Below are positions 13,497-28,765 of a DNA stretch of 64,000 bases, piece after piece. The stretch is from Octopus vulgaris (taxonomy: Eukaryota): positions 45,880,001 to 45,944,000 of the forward strand of contig OX597820.1 of the NCBI GenBank assembly GCA_951406725.2, written 5' to 3'. The position numbers were made by a program, and so were the translations under genes. How positions within the stretch are numbered: position 1 is the first letter of the stretch; every line of letters starts with the position of its first letter. The notes under the pieces were generated by a model. The model did no database searches and was not told where the DNA came from. It worked only from the letters and a program-made list of their open reading frames with translations.

Positions 13497-13759
13497 ACGT
13501 GATCACCTGACCGACCAGGCTATCAGATGTTGCTACACATCACTGGTCACAATGCGCTTCGCATTGTTTTAGCCTTCAGATTACGCCACCCCGCTGGGCT
13601 AAGCGAGTAGGTCAACAGAAGAAAGAGTGAGAGAAAGTTGCCTCGTGGAGCTATAGGTGTTTTCGCTCAATAAACACTCACAACGCCCGGTCTGGGAATC
13701 GAAACCGCGATCCTACGACCGCGAGTCCGTTGCCCTAACCACTGGGCCATTGCGCCTCC
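13497..13759 (-). mobile_element. tRNA-derived SINE family C (variant body)
   Basis: Minus-strand head TGGCCCAGTGGTTAGGGC...GGTTTCGATTCC. Near-identical copy at 25125-25366. Confidence 0.8.
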
Positions 13760-13773
13760 GCACACACACACAA

Positions 13774-13841
<68 letters not shown>

Positions 13842-13857
13842 GCACATATGTATGTAT

Positions 13858-14021
13858 AGGCATAGATGTAGCTGTGTAGTAAGAAGTTTACTTTCCAACC
13901 ATATGGTTCCGGGTTCAGTCCCACTGTATGATATTTTGGGCAAGTGTCTTCTACTATAGCATCGGCTCCTCAAGTTGACTAAAGTCTTGTTGAGTGGATT
14001 TGGTAAATGGAAACTTATATA

Positions 14022-14116
<95 letters not shown>

Positions 14117-14352
14117 ATGTGTCTAAGTGTTTGTGTTTGCACCTCCCACCCCAACGCTTGATAACCGGTGTCGGTGTATTTATGTTCCCATAACTTAGCA
14201 GTTCGGCAAAAGAGGATGATAGAATAAGTACCAGGCTTAAAAGAAAAAAAAAAACAAAACAATACTGGGGTCGATTCAATCGATTAAAAGTTCTTCAAGA
14301 CGATGCCCCAGCATGGCCGCAGTCCAATGACTGCAACAAGTAAAAAGTAAAA
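13858..14352 (+). mobile_element. SINE family B (tRNA head, CORE-like TTGGGCAAGT, internal microsatellite)
   Basis: Same consensus as 33878-34380 and 51278-51678 (+). Also 22978-23375, 34925-35320, 35540-35942, 38730-39180 and 42045-42325 (-), and 43018-43735 (+). Confidence 0.85.
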
Positions 14353-15115
14353 GATAGACTATACACGTCCGCGCGCGCACACATACACACGCATACACAC
14401 AAACAGGTATACATGTACACAACACACATACACACACACACATGTGTGTGTGTAATGTTTACAAGTTTGTTTCGTCTATTAGGAAAAATAATTTGAATTG
14501 ATATTAATAATATAAAGCTTTCTACATTTGCAGATAACCAACTTAGGATCGAAAACTATTACTGATCTAACATGAAAACTGAGATATCTTTGTTTACCAA
14601 ACGAACATGATATCCATCGCATAAAACTTTCATATTCGCCTGCTTCGATATCAAATAAGATATAAATATGTATCTGTTATATTAAACATGGCTAGGTTGC
14701 TCTTGCGGTCAAACATTGTGAACTTCTACGTAGTCACTCGATTTGCAGGCAAATTTTTCACAAGTCACAAAATAATGTCTTAGAAAAGGAAGCCACATGA
14801 GATAATGTAGTCCTAGATTATACTGTATCTAAAAAAAAAAAAATAACAATAATCATTTCTACTAAAGGTACAAGGCCTGAAATTTTGTGGGAGGGGACTA
14901 GTCGATTACATCGACTTCAGTGTTTCACTGGAACTTAATTTATCGTCCCCGAAAAGATGAAAGGCAAAGTCGACGGTGGTAGAATTTGAACTCGGAACGT
15001 TGCGACGGGCGAATTAAAATAATAATAATAATAAAAAGGCTGCTTTTCAATTAGAAAAATAGGAAGCAAGTGATGGAATGTACTACTTCTCTGAGCTTAT
15101 GTAGAGGAGTTAAGT

Positions 15116-15785
15116 CAGGGCCGAATTAAGATCCATTTAGGCTCTAAGCACTTCAAAGATTTTGGTGCCCCCAAATATATGTAATTCAAAATATAAATAA
15201 TGATAAACCACAAAATAAATCTTTATTTTTCAAAATAAAACCAACAGCAATATGGAAAATATGTTTTATATACTTCCACTTTATTCATATTTGAAAATTT
15301 TTCCCCGTCTTTTTTTAATTGCAAAATCTTTGATTAGATTCTCAAAGTTAATCTTACGTAAAACATCTGCTTCTGTACTTAGTAGAGATAAGGAATCCAG
15401 AACTTTAGCAAGTTTAAAGTGATTTCTTTTGAGTAGTACACCGTTTACCATTTCTGTAGTGCCACCTCCTTCCCTTGATGTCCTAAGCATGTGCTTACTT
15501 TGTTTAACGCTGAGTTAAGTAGATGGTCTAATGAAGCAGAGGTCAAAAAAGGGTGAGACAGAACTTTGGAACACAGAATTTCTGTCTCCGGCGTAGATGA
15601 AATGAGGATAACGAGCTTGAGAGCAAGAACAACAAGAAAACGAGCTGTGATCCACTGTAAACATTTCGAACGTTTAGCAGATCTGTTTTTGGCATGGCTT
15701 TCTATTACATGCACATTAAAATAAATGTACGTGTACTATGTATTTAGTTTTTCTGGACAAAATATTTTGTTTCTGTCAATCAGAC
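15116..15785 (-). mobile_element. hAT transposon remnant
   Basis: Terminus CAGGGCCG. Minus frame LDSLSLLSTEADVLRKINFENLIKDFAIKKRR resembles the end of the hAT dimerisation domain. Confidence 0.55.
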
Positions 15786-15841
15786 TGTTGTGATGAGAGT
15801 TACAATGCCCCCTTGCGAGAGATAGACTAGTCCGAGTAAGG

Positions 15842-15849
15842 TATAAATA
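15842..15849 (+). promoter_or_regulatory. TATA box of the Gypsy 5' LTR
   Basis: TATAAATA inside the LTR, about 34 nt upstream of an Inr-like TCAGA. Confidence 0.5.
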
Positions 15850-15884
15850 GTAACGATCCGAGTGAGTGCAGAAATTCAGAGTCG

Positions 15885-17541
15885 TTATTTTTGAACGCGC
15901 GTGAAATTGTAAGTAGGAAAAATTGTTGTACGTTTATTGTACGTTTGTTGATACGGTTTCGTGTTATACTGTTTCTGTTCTGGCGGCCGTTGTCTGTCTG
16001 TCTGAGACAGACAAGAGGATATGGACGACCCCTCCCTGATGGAAGAGTCGGAGGAGGAATGGTTGTTCGAGACCTTGTCGGAAGCATCGACCTCTGAGGA
16101 CGAGCTGATCGGCGCTGTGAATAATATGGATATTAAAACTGGGAAGACGTACGCTGGAGCTGCAAATAAGAAGACGACAGAGGAAAAGGAGATAAACCTA
16201 GAAAAATTGCCAGGTTTTCAAGCTTACATAACTAAAGCAGGTGGTGAGGTAAAACTACTTCCACCAGAGAAACGAGAAGAATGGTTTAAGAAGAGGATTA
16301 TAAAATACCGGACATATGGAAAAGATAACAGGAAAGTAGAAATAATAAAAATGGAAGATATTGAGGAGGCGCTGAGAAGAGAGAAGGAAGAAATCACATT
16401 CATGACAAGAGGAAACGAGTTCGGAACCATAATAGTGCAGTTCGAAAGCAAAAATATAGCAAGGAAAATGGCAACGAAGACAATAAAAACTGAAAAAGTA
16501 ATATTATTACCCTCCTACATGAACCAAAGAATAAATAGAATTAGAGTTGAAGGGATACCCCACCCCACCCCACATTGAGGGTGAATGGGTCGTCGCGGCG
16601 ATCATAAAAGATGTGGAAGAAGAGACAAACATTTTACAAGCGACCGTAAAAAATGAAGGTTTACGTGGCAAAACGCTAGAGATGAGCGTTCAAGCAGAGG
16701 AGGGTGCAATGGAGAAGATGGCGGACAGCATAATTTTGGGGAATATAGTAATGAGTGTGGGTGGAGGGCAGAGCACCAAGGTGCTATAAGTGTGGCCTGA
16801 GGGGGCCACATAAGAGCCTACTGCCCTCCCCCACAAAAAGAAACAGTGATCCAGGAAGAGGAGGAGACGGAGCCGGAAAAAGTTGAGGAGGAAGAATCTG
16901 AGGAGGAGAAAGAGGCCCAAACTGAGTGGGAAGACGTAAGGAAAAAAAGAAAAAGGAAAGTGAACTTTATCGAACCCCAATCCACCCCAACACCACCTGC
17001 ACCCTCTGAGCCCCATCCTTCCCCTGCAAACAAAGATCCCACCCACTCCCCGCCTACAAGAAAACCTAAAAACGCAGACATACAGAGTAAACAAGAGCCC
17101 AAGTCCCATTTTTTATGTTTTGTAAAAAAAAAGGAAGACAATGAGAACTCAACAAGATTCTTTGGTAAAGAAGCATGGTATGAGGGAGAAGATGGGAGTT
17201 ACTTGGTGGTGGAAGGTGAAGTAATGGACATAAGGAAGATGTGTGTAAATGAAGGTGTAAAAGCGATTGAGGTGGAATTTTCGAATGAGAAGATAAAAGA
17301 GTATGAAAGGATATTTGAGAAAGTGATAAGAAAAGAGGGACTTTTGATTGGAGATGATAGGTGACGAAGGGTTGAGAAGGACAGGTAAGTGGTGCTGGCG
17401 GATGGGGCCGTCAGCATCGCTTTCATATTATCATTATCATTCTAAAAATTCATTCTCCATACTATTAATTATAATGTTCTATGTCCCCAATGTCTTGTGG
17501 TGTCCCCTCTGTGTCGCCCCTAGTGGGTAATGAAGAATTAG
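15885..17541 (+). mobile_element. ORF1-only non-LTR element (gag-like, CCHC knuckle) with 10-bp TSD
   Basis: TSD TTCAGAGTCG at 15875-15884 and 17542-17551. Frameshifted ORF1 at 16021-17364 contains CYKCGLRGHIRAYC. No ORF2. The 3' tail is TGTGTCGCCCCTAGTGGGTAATGAAGAA. Confidence 0.75.
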
Positions 17542-19552
17542 TTCAGAGTCGAGTGAAGTACGTGTTATTTCGCAGTGAAGTCGGAAGGTGTCGGTTGGTT
17601 AGTTAACAAAGAATATTGATTGTTAGTTCGTAAAGAGATTTGTTAGTTCGTTAAATTGTTTTTATTATTGTCTGGTTATCTTATTTATTGTACATAACAA
17701 ATTACGTTACAACATCTGGCGACAAGGGTTTCGAATCTCACGTAGATTATTTAACAATTTTTTCATGATACAACTTGTTAAATAATGGAAGACCTATCAG
17801 CTTCCATAGTACAGTTGCAAAAGCAACAACAAGAGCAGCAACAAGAATTGCAGAAGAAACTATTACAGCAACAACAATTATTGAAGCTATATTCAAAAAA
17901 GTCCAAAAATGAGTTAAGTTCGTTTTCGCCAGACGGTGTTTCGAACTTGATTAATGAATTCAGTTATAACCCAGAGGTGGGTATAACTTTTATATCGTAC
18001 TACAGATGGTACGATGAGGTTTTTAAATAAGATTGCAAATCATGGTCGGACGAACAAAAAGTGAGATTGTTATTCCGAAAATTTGCTCCGTTAGAGCATG
18101 AACGTTACTATAATTTCATATTGCCCAAAAAACCTAATGAAATTTGTTTAAAAGAAACAATAGAATTACTGTGCAACATATTCAGCGATAAAACTTCTCG
18201 TTAACACTGAAGTATTGAAATATAACGAAAAAAGAGAATGATGATTTTATCACATACACAAGAACTGTCAACAGGATGTGTGAAAGTTTTAAGTTCAAAG
18301 AACTTACACCCGAGATGTTCAAGTGTTTTATTTTCGTACAAGGCCTTACAGCAAGCGAAGATACAGAAATTTGGGCAAGAATTCTTTCTAAATTGAAACA
18401 AGCGAACTAAGATCTAACCTTACAGTCCCTAGCTGAAGAATGCCAAACGATGGTAAACCTGAAACACGATGTAGAAAAAATTCAAGTAAAGGATTCTTCA
18501 AAAATACAGATATGCTGACCGGAAAAGTACAAACCCCACCCCACAAAAAAGCGCCACGTCCTAATCCATGTTATGGATGTGGGGGTGTACATTTCAGAAA
18601 AGACTGTTCATTTAAAAATAAAAAAAGAACGTTACAGTTGCAAAAGAACTGGTCACCAGAGTTCACACTGCAGAACAAAATTACGAAGGTCAAACGTTAA
18701 AAATCTTAGAGAGCTCTCAGCAGAAACAAAAATCAACTCCCACATAAGAAAATTCGTACACGTAAAAATAAATGGAAATTCATATTAAACTTCAACATGA
18801 TATTGGAAATGAGATTTCAATAATAAATATAGACACATGGAAGAAAATAGGGAAACCTATGTTGAGAAAAACAGCGAAATCTGCTCCTAACGTGACGGAC
18901 GACAAATTACATTTCTTAGACGAAATGTGGACTGATGTCACATTTCGGAGGAAAACATTCAAGGCGAAAGTCTTCATCGTTAAAAATGCAACCGATCTGT
19001 TGGGTACCGATGGTTAGAATTTTTTGATTTATGGGATCTTCCCATAAATCTCTCTTGTAAAAACGTAGATGGTTGTTCCTCTAAAAATAATTCGTCTGAA
19101 GAGTTAAAGAGAAAATTTTAAAAAATATTTTCGCAACTACTCTTGGACAAACTAGGTCTATGCACAAAGGCTGAAGCATGTTTTGAATTAGATGATAACA
19201 TTCACCGTTGTTCAAGCCTAATAGGAAAGTGCGTTCTGCGGCAATAAAGCAAGTGGACGTTGAGTTGGACTGTTAGTTCGCAGTGAAGTCGGAAAGTGTC
19301 GGTTGGTTAGTTAACAAGGAATATTGATTGTTGGTTCGTTAAGAGATTTGTTAGTTCGTTACATTGTTTTTATCTCATTTATTGTACGTAACAATTACGT
19401 TACAACACAAACGATGCACCATAGTCTTGCCATTAACCTTCAGTAAAATGGAACTAATTTTCGAGTGTTAATTGGTAAATATGCACATCGCCATTGGTGG
19501 GAGTATTATTTATTTAATTGTAGCTTGGCCAAGCTTCACGAACATTAACATA

Positions 19553-20643
19553 CGAAGTGGTACCAAAAAGTTCCCAGACTAGTTTTGTAGCACGCCAACA
19601 GATGGCAGCACACCGGGCGAAATGCTTAGCGGTATTTCGTCTGCATTACGTTGTGAGTTCAAATTCCGCCGAGGTCGACTTTGCCTTTCATCCTTTCGGG
19701 GTCGATAAATTAAGTACCAGTTACGCACTGGGGTCGATGTAATCGACTTAATACCTATGTCTGTCCTTGTTTGTCCATTCTGTGTTTAGTCCCCTGTGGG
19801 TAATAAAGAAATAGGTTGCATGCACAGTTAGAGCTAGCGGTGATCTTCATGAGGCTGTGTGCCGAGTGACATCGTTGTGTTTACTTCGCAAGTTGTGAAA
19901 TTTGCGTTTTTGTGATCAGGTGTATGCTATAGTCTGTGATTTTTGTCATGGACAGGAAGTTGGAACAAAGAGCAAACGTGAAATTTTGCGTTAAACTTTG
20001 GAAATCTGCTACAGAGACATTGAGCATGCTTCGGCAAGCTTATGGCAATGAGGCAATGGGTCGTAAGCAATGTTTCGAGTGGCACACGCGCTTCAAAAGC
20101 GGAAGAACGTCTTTGGAAGACGATGAGCGATCTGGAAGGCCTGCCACGAGCGCCACCCCTTGAAATGTGGAGAAAATTCATCAGTTAGTATATGAGGATC
20201 GTCAGAGGACAATCAACGACGTTTTGAAGTGTTTGAGGGAGGACATTATGCGAAAATGACCGGATCTGTGGAGCACGAAAACCCTGTCACCGAGCTCTTC
20301 TCACTTGTGGGTTTCTCGCCAAAAACAATACGGTATCTCTTCCGCCCCCGATCTATTCGCCAGATTTAGCACCCGCAGACTCCCATCTCTTCTCCAAGAG
20401 AAAAAGGCAGCTCAAAGGTCGCTGCTTAAACACCGTTGTCGAGATCCAGAGCAAATCGCAGAAGGTCCTCGACTCGCTTACGGAAAATGACTTCCCGGCC
20501 GGATTCCAAAAGTGACAGGAACGTTGGTACCGGAGTATTGATACGCAAAGTGATGATTTCGAAAGAGGTGATATTAAAACTTAGGCAAATAAGTTATTTT
20601 TTATTAAACATAACTAGTCCGGAAACTTTCTGATACCATCTCG
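19553..20643 (+). mobile_element. Mariner transposon (deleted) with SINE A inserted at 19610-19813
   Basis: TIRs CGAAGTGGTACCAAAAAGTTCCCAGACTAG and CTAGTCCGGAAACTTTCTGATACCATCTCG with TA TSD. ORF EQRANVKFCVKL..SATET..RFKSGRTSLEDDERSGRP. Confidence 0.9.
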
Positions 20644-22259
20644 TACAAACCATATGCTGTTTCAATAAGAATAATTTCGTTCTTATCGGGCTGCGAGCGA
20701 GAGATTTGATGTTCCTACCTGACAAAGTCAAATTCCACAGAAACGCATGCGTTTATGAACAAATGATCTTATTCACAGCCGATCTTGTGTCTTCACTCAT
20801 GACTAAGAGAAGCACTTTCTCCCGGGACTATCTCGACAGCGGAAGGTCTTCTCATGTCTGAAGGCACCCGAATGTGTTGAATATGACTTCATATGAATAT
20901 TTTTCATTTAACGCTCCTTTGTGCGACATTATTATTTATCTAGACCTTCCAATATTTATTGAAATCACCCAAAACTGCAAATCACTCAAAGTCTACTGCA
21001 TTATGTATAAAATCTGACACATAAATAGCACAAACTTCAGAATTAATAACTAAATATGGAAAGCTATAGCAAACATCGGTGATATTGACGAATATTTCGT
21101 AAATGCAAGACAATATTACTTTAGTTTATTAACTTTGGCAAATAACCTCAAGAAATAAGATAGATTCGCTATATCGATGTAATATACAGAAACGTAAAAA
21201 TAGCGTGAAGTGGTTAACATGATGGAAAATAAACTATACTATATAAACATTGAAATAAGGCTACATATTCTATATATCTAGGTATCATTTTTAAATGGTT
21301 GTTTGTCTTTATTACTTACAACCAATCTCGTTGTCTCTCCCTGTCTCTTCCTCAATCCCTATTTGCTTGCTTGTATAGGTGTGTGTATCTGTCTATTCTG
21401 TCTATCTGCCTGTATGGTATACGTAGCTATCCAGTTGCTCGACTCTCTCTATGTATGTCTATCTATTTCAATAAATTATGAACACGTGTTCTACGCGTGT
21501 ATCAAAACACATGGATATTTAAAACACGTATCAACCACTTATACTGACGCGCACAAACTCAGAAACGAGAACTCTCGCTTCCCAACCCACAGACACACAC
21601 AAGTTTACATATACATACGCACACATATGTTCATATATATATACACACACACACACACGCGCGCACAAACACTCGCACACAACAACAACAACAAATCACA
21701 AAACTAGGGGTAACTACATACAGATCCATCATACGGACAGCTATTAGGAAAGGTCACAGATGTAAGAGCTGATCACGTAGCTGCTGTTGGGTACTGGTTA
21801 TTAAGTGGTGGCGGTGGGAGGTGACAGATAGACTGAGAAGGTGGCAGTGTTTGAGTGTGTGTGTCCGAGAGAGAGAGAAGGGGAGAGAAGGGGGAGTGGT
21901 AGAGAGTCCTGGCGGTTTGGGGTAGAGAGAAAGAGAGAGGGGGAAGGATAGAGATGGAGAGGTGATGGGGAAATTTGATATGTGACAACGATATATATAT
22001 ATACATACATAGACATATATACACATACATGCACACACTCTCACATGTATAATAGGTATATATACATACCATATATGTATATATATGGTATATATGTATA
22101 TATTTGTGTGTATTGTTTATATGTGTACACGTACGTACGCATACCTACGAATATATATAATATATATATATGCATATACATATACATACATCACTCTCAC
22201 ATACAGTCACTCCTTCCACTCTCTCTCTCTCTCTCTCCCTCTCTGCACACACTCACACA

Positions 22260-22294
<35 letters not shown>

Positions 22295-22341
22295 CAGTGA
22301 TCGGGAAAAAGACAGATAAACAGAGATAGAAAGACATAATG

Positions 22342-22393
<52 letters not shown>

Positions 22394-23874
22394 CATAGGA
22401 GAAGACAGAGAGTGAGAGGGAGGGTGAGGCGGAAGAGAGAGAGAGAGAGAGAGCAGTGAAGGAGATAATATGGAGTTAAATAAAGTTTAATGAACATTAA
22501 TTGTGTGTTATCTTATTCAATCTCCGTTTTCACCCTTTTCGCCTTAATCTCTCTCCCCACTTTCTCTCCTTCCGCTGCTCAACTTTGCTCTTCACAAATG
22601 TTTCACTCAGCTACTGTTGTCTTTTGAAGCTAGTGTTATTCCTCGTGTTGTTGTTGTTGTTGTTGTTTGTTATTGCTATCCTTATTGGTGTTTTTTTGTT
22701 GTTGATAATGTCTGCTTTGTTAGATTCGGTGTTAGTCCTTCTGTTATTGTTATCACCGTTCTTATTCTTGTTGTATATTCATATAACGTATCTATCCTTT
22801 TTCTTGAGGCTAGTTATTTGCTTAAAGCTAATAAAAATAATATTCTCTTGCATTTCCGAAATATTTGTTAATATCACTATTTGTGCCCCAGCATGGCCAC
22901 AGCTCATGAGCTGAAACTAGAATTAATCAATCAATCAATCAATACATATTTCCTTCGATATTTAGTTATTAATTCTATTTTACTCTTTTACTTGTTTCAG
23001 TCATTTGACTGTGGCCATGCTGGAGCACCGCCTTTAGTCGAGCAAATCGACCCCACAACTTATTCTTTGTAAGCCTTGTACTTTATTCTATCGGTTTTTT
23101 TTGCCGAACTGCTAAATTACGGGGACGTAAACACACCAGAATCGGTTGGCAAGCGATGTTGGGGGACAAATATAGACACACAAACATACAAACACACACA
23201 CACATATATATACATATATACACATATATACGACAGGCTTCTTTCAGTTTCCGTCTACCTACTCCACTCAGAAGGCTTTGGTTGGCCCGAGGCTATAGTA
23301 GAAGACACTTGCTCAAGGTGCCCGGAACCATGTGGTTCGTAACCAAGCTACGTAACACACATCCACTCCTACGCCTATATTCTGAAAGTTGTTCTATTTA
23401 CGTGTCAGGTTTTCTGAGTTCAAATTCTGCTGAGGTCGACTTTGCCTTTCATCCAATCGGGGTCAATAAATTAAGTATCAGTTGCGTACTGGATCGATCT
23501 AATCGACTGACCCCCTCCCCCAAAATTTCGGGCCTTGTGCCTAGAGCGGAAAAGAATATTGTCATAGACAGCTATCACGCACACATTCCTAGCTTCCAAG
23601 TTCTGTTTTCTGATTGGATAAAAATAATCAAACCTCTGTAACATTTTCTGGAACAAGTGAATAGCAAAAATAGATTCAGTGTGTAAAATTACATCAATAT
23701 ACCAAATTTGAAAATTTTCACTTAATTTTAAAATTTCAAAAACTGTGAATGAAACAGAAAGATCTCATGTTTGTTGATTCAGAAGTTTGACTGAGGATTG
23801 AACACGACGACGACGACGACCACCACCACCACCACCACCATCACCACCACCTACTGCTACTGCTGCTGCTGCAG

Positions 23875-23916
<42 letters not shown>

Positions 23917-25363
23917 GTAAAAGTTAGTAATGTACAAAGATAAACGTGGATTTTTTTTAAACATTCGGGGCTTCCACATATGTAGTGTAAATGATACCAG
24001 TGATTAGAAAGATTAATTAAACTGACTTAATTAACGTTTTTGTATCAATTAAGACAAACAATGAAACAACATACTTTAGAATTTTTGTTGACACTCCCGG
24101 ATTCCAGAATGTTTTTTGCGTGTGGTCCCAAATATAATAACCGACAACGGAAAGAGAGGAAGTGAAGTTACGTAATTTAAGAGCAGCTGATGTATTATTA
24201 TAGCATGTAAAATTTGTCGAATACTAAACTAGAAAACTAGCAAAATTTAACACCAGTAAATATTTTATCTCACTCTCAAAAATTTGTTTTTTCCGTTTTA
24301 GTTAAACAGAATTTCTATTTCGTTAATAATTAAAAAAAAATCTAAACAGTTAATAGAGTATATCATCTCTAAACAAGCACATCATATTTCCAAAGCTTGG
24401 GGACATATTATGGAGTGAAACGAACGTTACTCGAGCGTATGGGTAAATTTCTTTTCAGTTGTTTCATGAAACTACAAAATGGAAGAAACTAAACAAGAAA
24501 CGCAACGAAAATTAGTATGGGAAAGAAAAAAGAAGGCAAAGAGAACAGCAAATTTGATGAGTTAAATTATAATTATTGTATGTACGGCGCATTTCCTGTT
24601 ATTAAACATGGTAGCAAAAATATACATTCAAAATAACAAATCATATCATGGGTAAAGCTCTAGTATGCGTATGTGTGTGTATATGTGTGTCTCACTATCT
24701 GTCTGTCTATCTGTTTTTCTGTCTATCTGTCTGTCTGTCGTCTATCTGTCACTCTCTCTCTCCGTCTCTCCCTCTCTTCCCCCACTCTCTCTCTCTCTCT
24801 CTCTCACTCTATCTATCTAGCTATCTCTCTATCTCTCTCTCTCTCTATATATATATATCCTTACCTTCGAAAGGTGGAGTAGATGAAATAGGGACAACTG
24901 AAGAAGGGGAATATTCCTTGTGTTGTATGTCTTGTTTCTCTGTTTTTTCCTTTGCTTGACAAAAAGTTCGTTTCTATGTTTTTGTTTTTATGTTTTCGTT
25001 TCTCATTGTGTTCAAAGATTTTTTGATGTCCTGTACCCATATATGCATGTATATATACATATATATGTAGGTATGTACATATATGTATATATGCATATAT
25101 TTATATATATTATATATTATATATCGCTGGTCACAATGCGCTTCGCATTGTTTTAGTCTTCAAATGATGCCACCCCGCTGGCTAAGCGAGCAGGCCTACT
25201 AAAGAAAGAGTACAGCAGGGATCGCCCCCCCCCCTACCTGCCGGAGCATGGTGGAGCTTTAGGTGTTTTCGGTCAATAAACACTCACAACGCCCGGTCTG
25301 GGAATCGAAACCGCGATCCTATGACCGCGAATCCGCTGCCCTAGCCACTGGGCCATTGTGCTT

Positions 25364-26669
<1,306 letters not shown>

Positions 26670-26680
26670 CAGATATAAGA

Positions 26681-27147
26681 GAGTGTCCACTATGTGGTCG
26701 ACTCTTGCGCTAAAAATAGATCCGCTATGGTCTCAACCACCAAGAATTGTTTCCAAGGAGAATTAGCACAACTATGAACGTAAACGAGCAGTTCGGTTCA
26801 ATAAATTGTATTCAAGACAAATTCTACTGAAGAGCTACATATATATTGTGTAAGTAAAATTGCATAATACATTAATAGCGAAACAATTGTCTAGAATTAA
26901 TCTACATTTTTGTTATTTTTCACTTGTCCTGCTCGTTTACGTTCATAGTTGTGCTAATTCTCCCTGGAAACAATTCTCGGTGGTTGAGACCATAGCGGAT
27001 CTATTTTTTAGCGCAAGAGTCGACCACATAGTGGACACTCACTTATATTTGTGTATTAATTTTTAGTGTATCTCTGGTTTTTATGCGCTAAACCACTTGG
27101 TGTTAAATTGATGGTATTATTAAATTAATATCCAATTTTTTCACCCT

Positions 27148-27155
<8 letters not shown>
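26681..27155 (+). mobile_element. Non-coding Penelope-type pLTR element with about 110-bp inverted repeats enclosing an HHR, flanked by (TA)n
   Basis: 26681-26791 is a near-perfect reverse complement of 26929-27040. Confidence 0.75.
26820..26898 (+). ncRNA. Type I minimal hammerhead ribozyme with intact core
   Basis: AAUUCUA-CUGAAGA-GCUA-[38 nt]-UAGC-GAAAC-AAUU-GUC^-UAGAAUU. Stem I is a perfect 7 bp, stem II is 4 bp, stem III is palindromic. Predicted cleavage after 26891. Confidence 0.85.
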
Positions 27156-27215
<60 letters not shown>

Positions 27216-27219
27216 ATAG

Positions 27220-27250
<31 letters not shown>

Positions 27251-27345
27251 CGTGCGATGTTTTTTTATTAGCAGCCATGATTTTTATAATTCAGTAAATA
27301 ATAATAATAGTATTTTATAAGCTTAAAGCTAATAAAATACTATTA

Positions 27346-27400
<55 letters not shown>

Positions 27401-27409
27401 TCCCGGGAG

Positions 27410-28100
27410 GGTAGACATTCCTCTTTTGATATTAATTTTCCCTAAGAGTGTTTCACCTGAGTAGAGATCTACTTTCCATTTCTTCATGTTACAGCTAATC
27501 AATTCTCTTATGTTGTCTGCTATACTGAATATACTCAAACATTCACTTATCCATGAGTGTGGGACCACACCATAGGCTTTCCTATAATCTATCCATGCTA
27601 TTGTTAGATTTTTCTTTCTAGCTTTTACTTAATTTAAAACTGCTTTGTCTATATATAATGGATCATGCGTTCCTCTTGCCTTCTTCGTGCAACCTTTCTG
27701 TTCTTCTGGTAGTAAATCCTTGTTGTCAAGGCGCTCATAAATGCTTTATGAAAGCATTCCTGTTAATAGCTTCTTCACTAATTGTAAGCAAGTAATTGGT
27801 CTATAGATGGTAGCTGCATTACCCTTGCTCTTATCTTTCATAATGAGTACTGTCCTCCCTCTAGTCATCCAATCTAGTATTATTCCTCCATTATGGCAAT
27901 CCTGAAGTTGTTCCCTCAGCCGCCCATATAAACTACTGAATTTCTATAGTCAGTACCCTTGAACTAAATTTGGTCCTGAGCCATTCCAATTCGGCAGTTT
28001 TCCTAACACTTTACTCATTAATGCTCTAGTTAATCTTAGATCTAGTTGCCTCTCACTCTCTACTTCTTCCCTCACTTTCTTTAACCATTACCCATATTCA
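27410..28100 (-). mobile_element. R4/Dong-clade RT fragment
   Basis: WMTRGRTVLIMKD..YRPITCL..LLPEEQKGC..AWIDYRKAY..VPHSWI. Confidence 0.85.
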
Positions 28101-28129
28101 TTAACCATTATTATTATTGTTATTATTAC

Positions 28130-28560
28130 TATTGCCTTTGCACAGCTTCTAACGCTGGAGATGTACTACAGTATCAGCTGTTCACTACAATTGAACTAAG
28201 GTAACATCTCTTATTCTTCGAGCACCTTCCGGAGTATTCGAGCGGCTCCAAGCAGTGCTGTTTACTGCAAGTGCTCCACCCTTATTACAGCTCCTATTTG
28301 TTCTACGTATTTCTCGAGATTTTTGCTCACTGTTCCCAGGGCTCCGACAATTATTGGCACTACTGCTACCCTTTTCATCGACCACAACTGCTTAATTTCC
28401 CAAGCTAACCTGGCATATCTAAGGAGTGAAACCGCTCAGGTGTTGATAGCTTCGATCTTATTCCGTGTATTTAATTTCGACTTAAGGATCAGTCTCAGTC
28501 TGCGCAAGTACTCCACCTTAAATTTTTCTGGTTTTAGTTTCATTACCACCCTTATTCACA
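28130..28560 (-). mobile_element. Internally deleted R4/Dong 3' fragment
   Basis: EYLRRLRLILKSKLNTRNKIEAINT is joined directly to LAWEIKQLW..VPIIVGALG..TALLGAARILRKVL. Confidence 0.75.
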
Positions 28561-28682
28561 ATATTTTGTTTTTTCATTGTCACTCATATAAGGTAGCGAT
28601 TATCAGTGTTTTTATTGTAACATCATCACTAGATGTATCATTAATAAGCTCATGTGGAGGAGGAGGATCCATCCCTTTCCTT

Positions 28683-28763
<81 letters not shown>

Positions 28764-28765
<2 letters not shown>

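Larger units (their letters stand above)
15786..19407 (+). mobile_element. Internally deleted Ty3/Gypsy LTR retrotransposon with interrupted 5' LTR
   Basis: Starts TGTTGT and ends ACAACA, with flanks CAGAC/CAAAC (4 of 5 TSD match). LTR segments 17563-17714 and 19271-19407 are direct repeats. PBS TGGCGACAAGG at 17717. Gag (FSYNPEVGITF, WSDEQKVRLL), zinc knuckles CYGCGGVHFRKDC and CKRTGHQSSHC, degenerate protease LQHDIG. Confidence 0.85.

Noticed and set aside
24860-24915. CCTTCGAAA...CTGAAGAAGGGG, a possible permuted hammerhead (relative at 1140-1225 minus)
   Set aside because: No convincing stems I and III or NUH site could be built by eye; it needs a family consensus.
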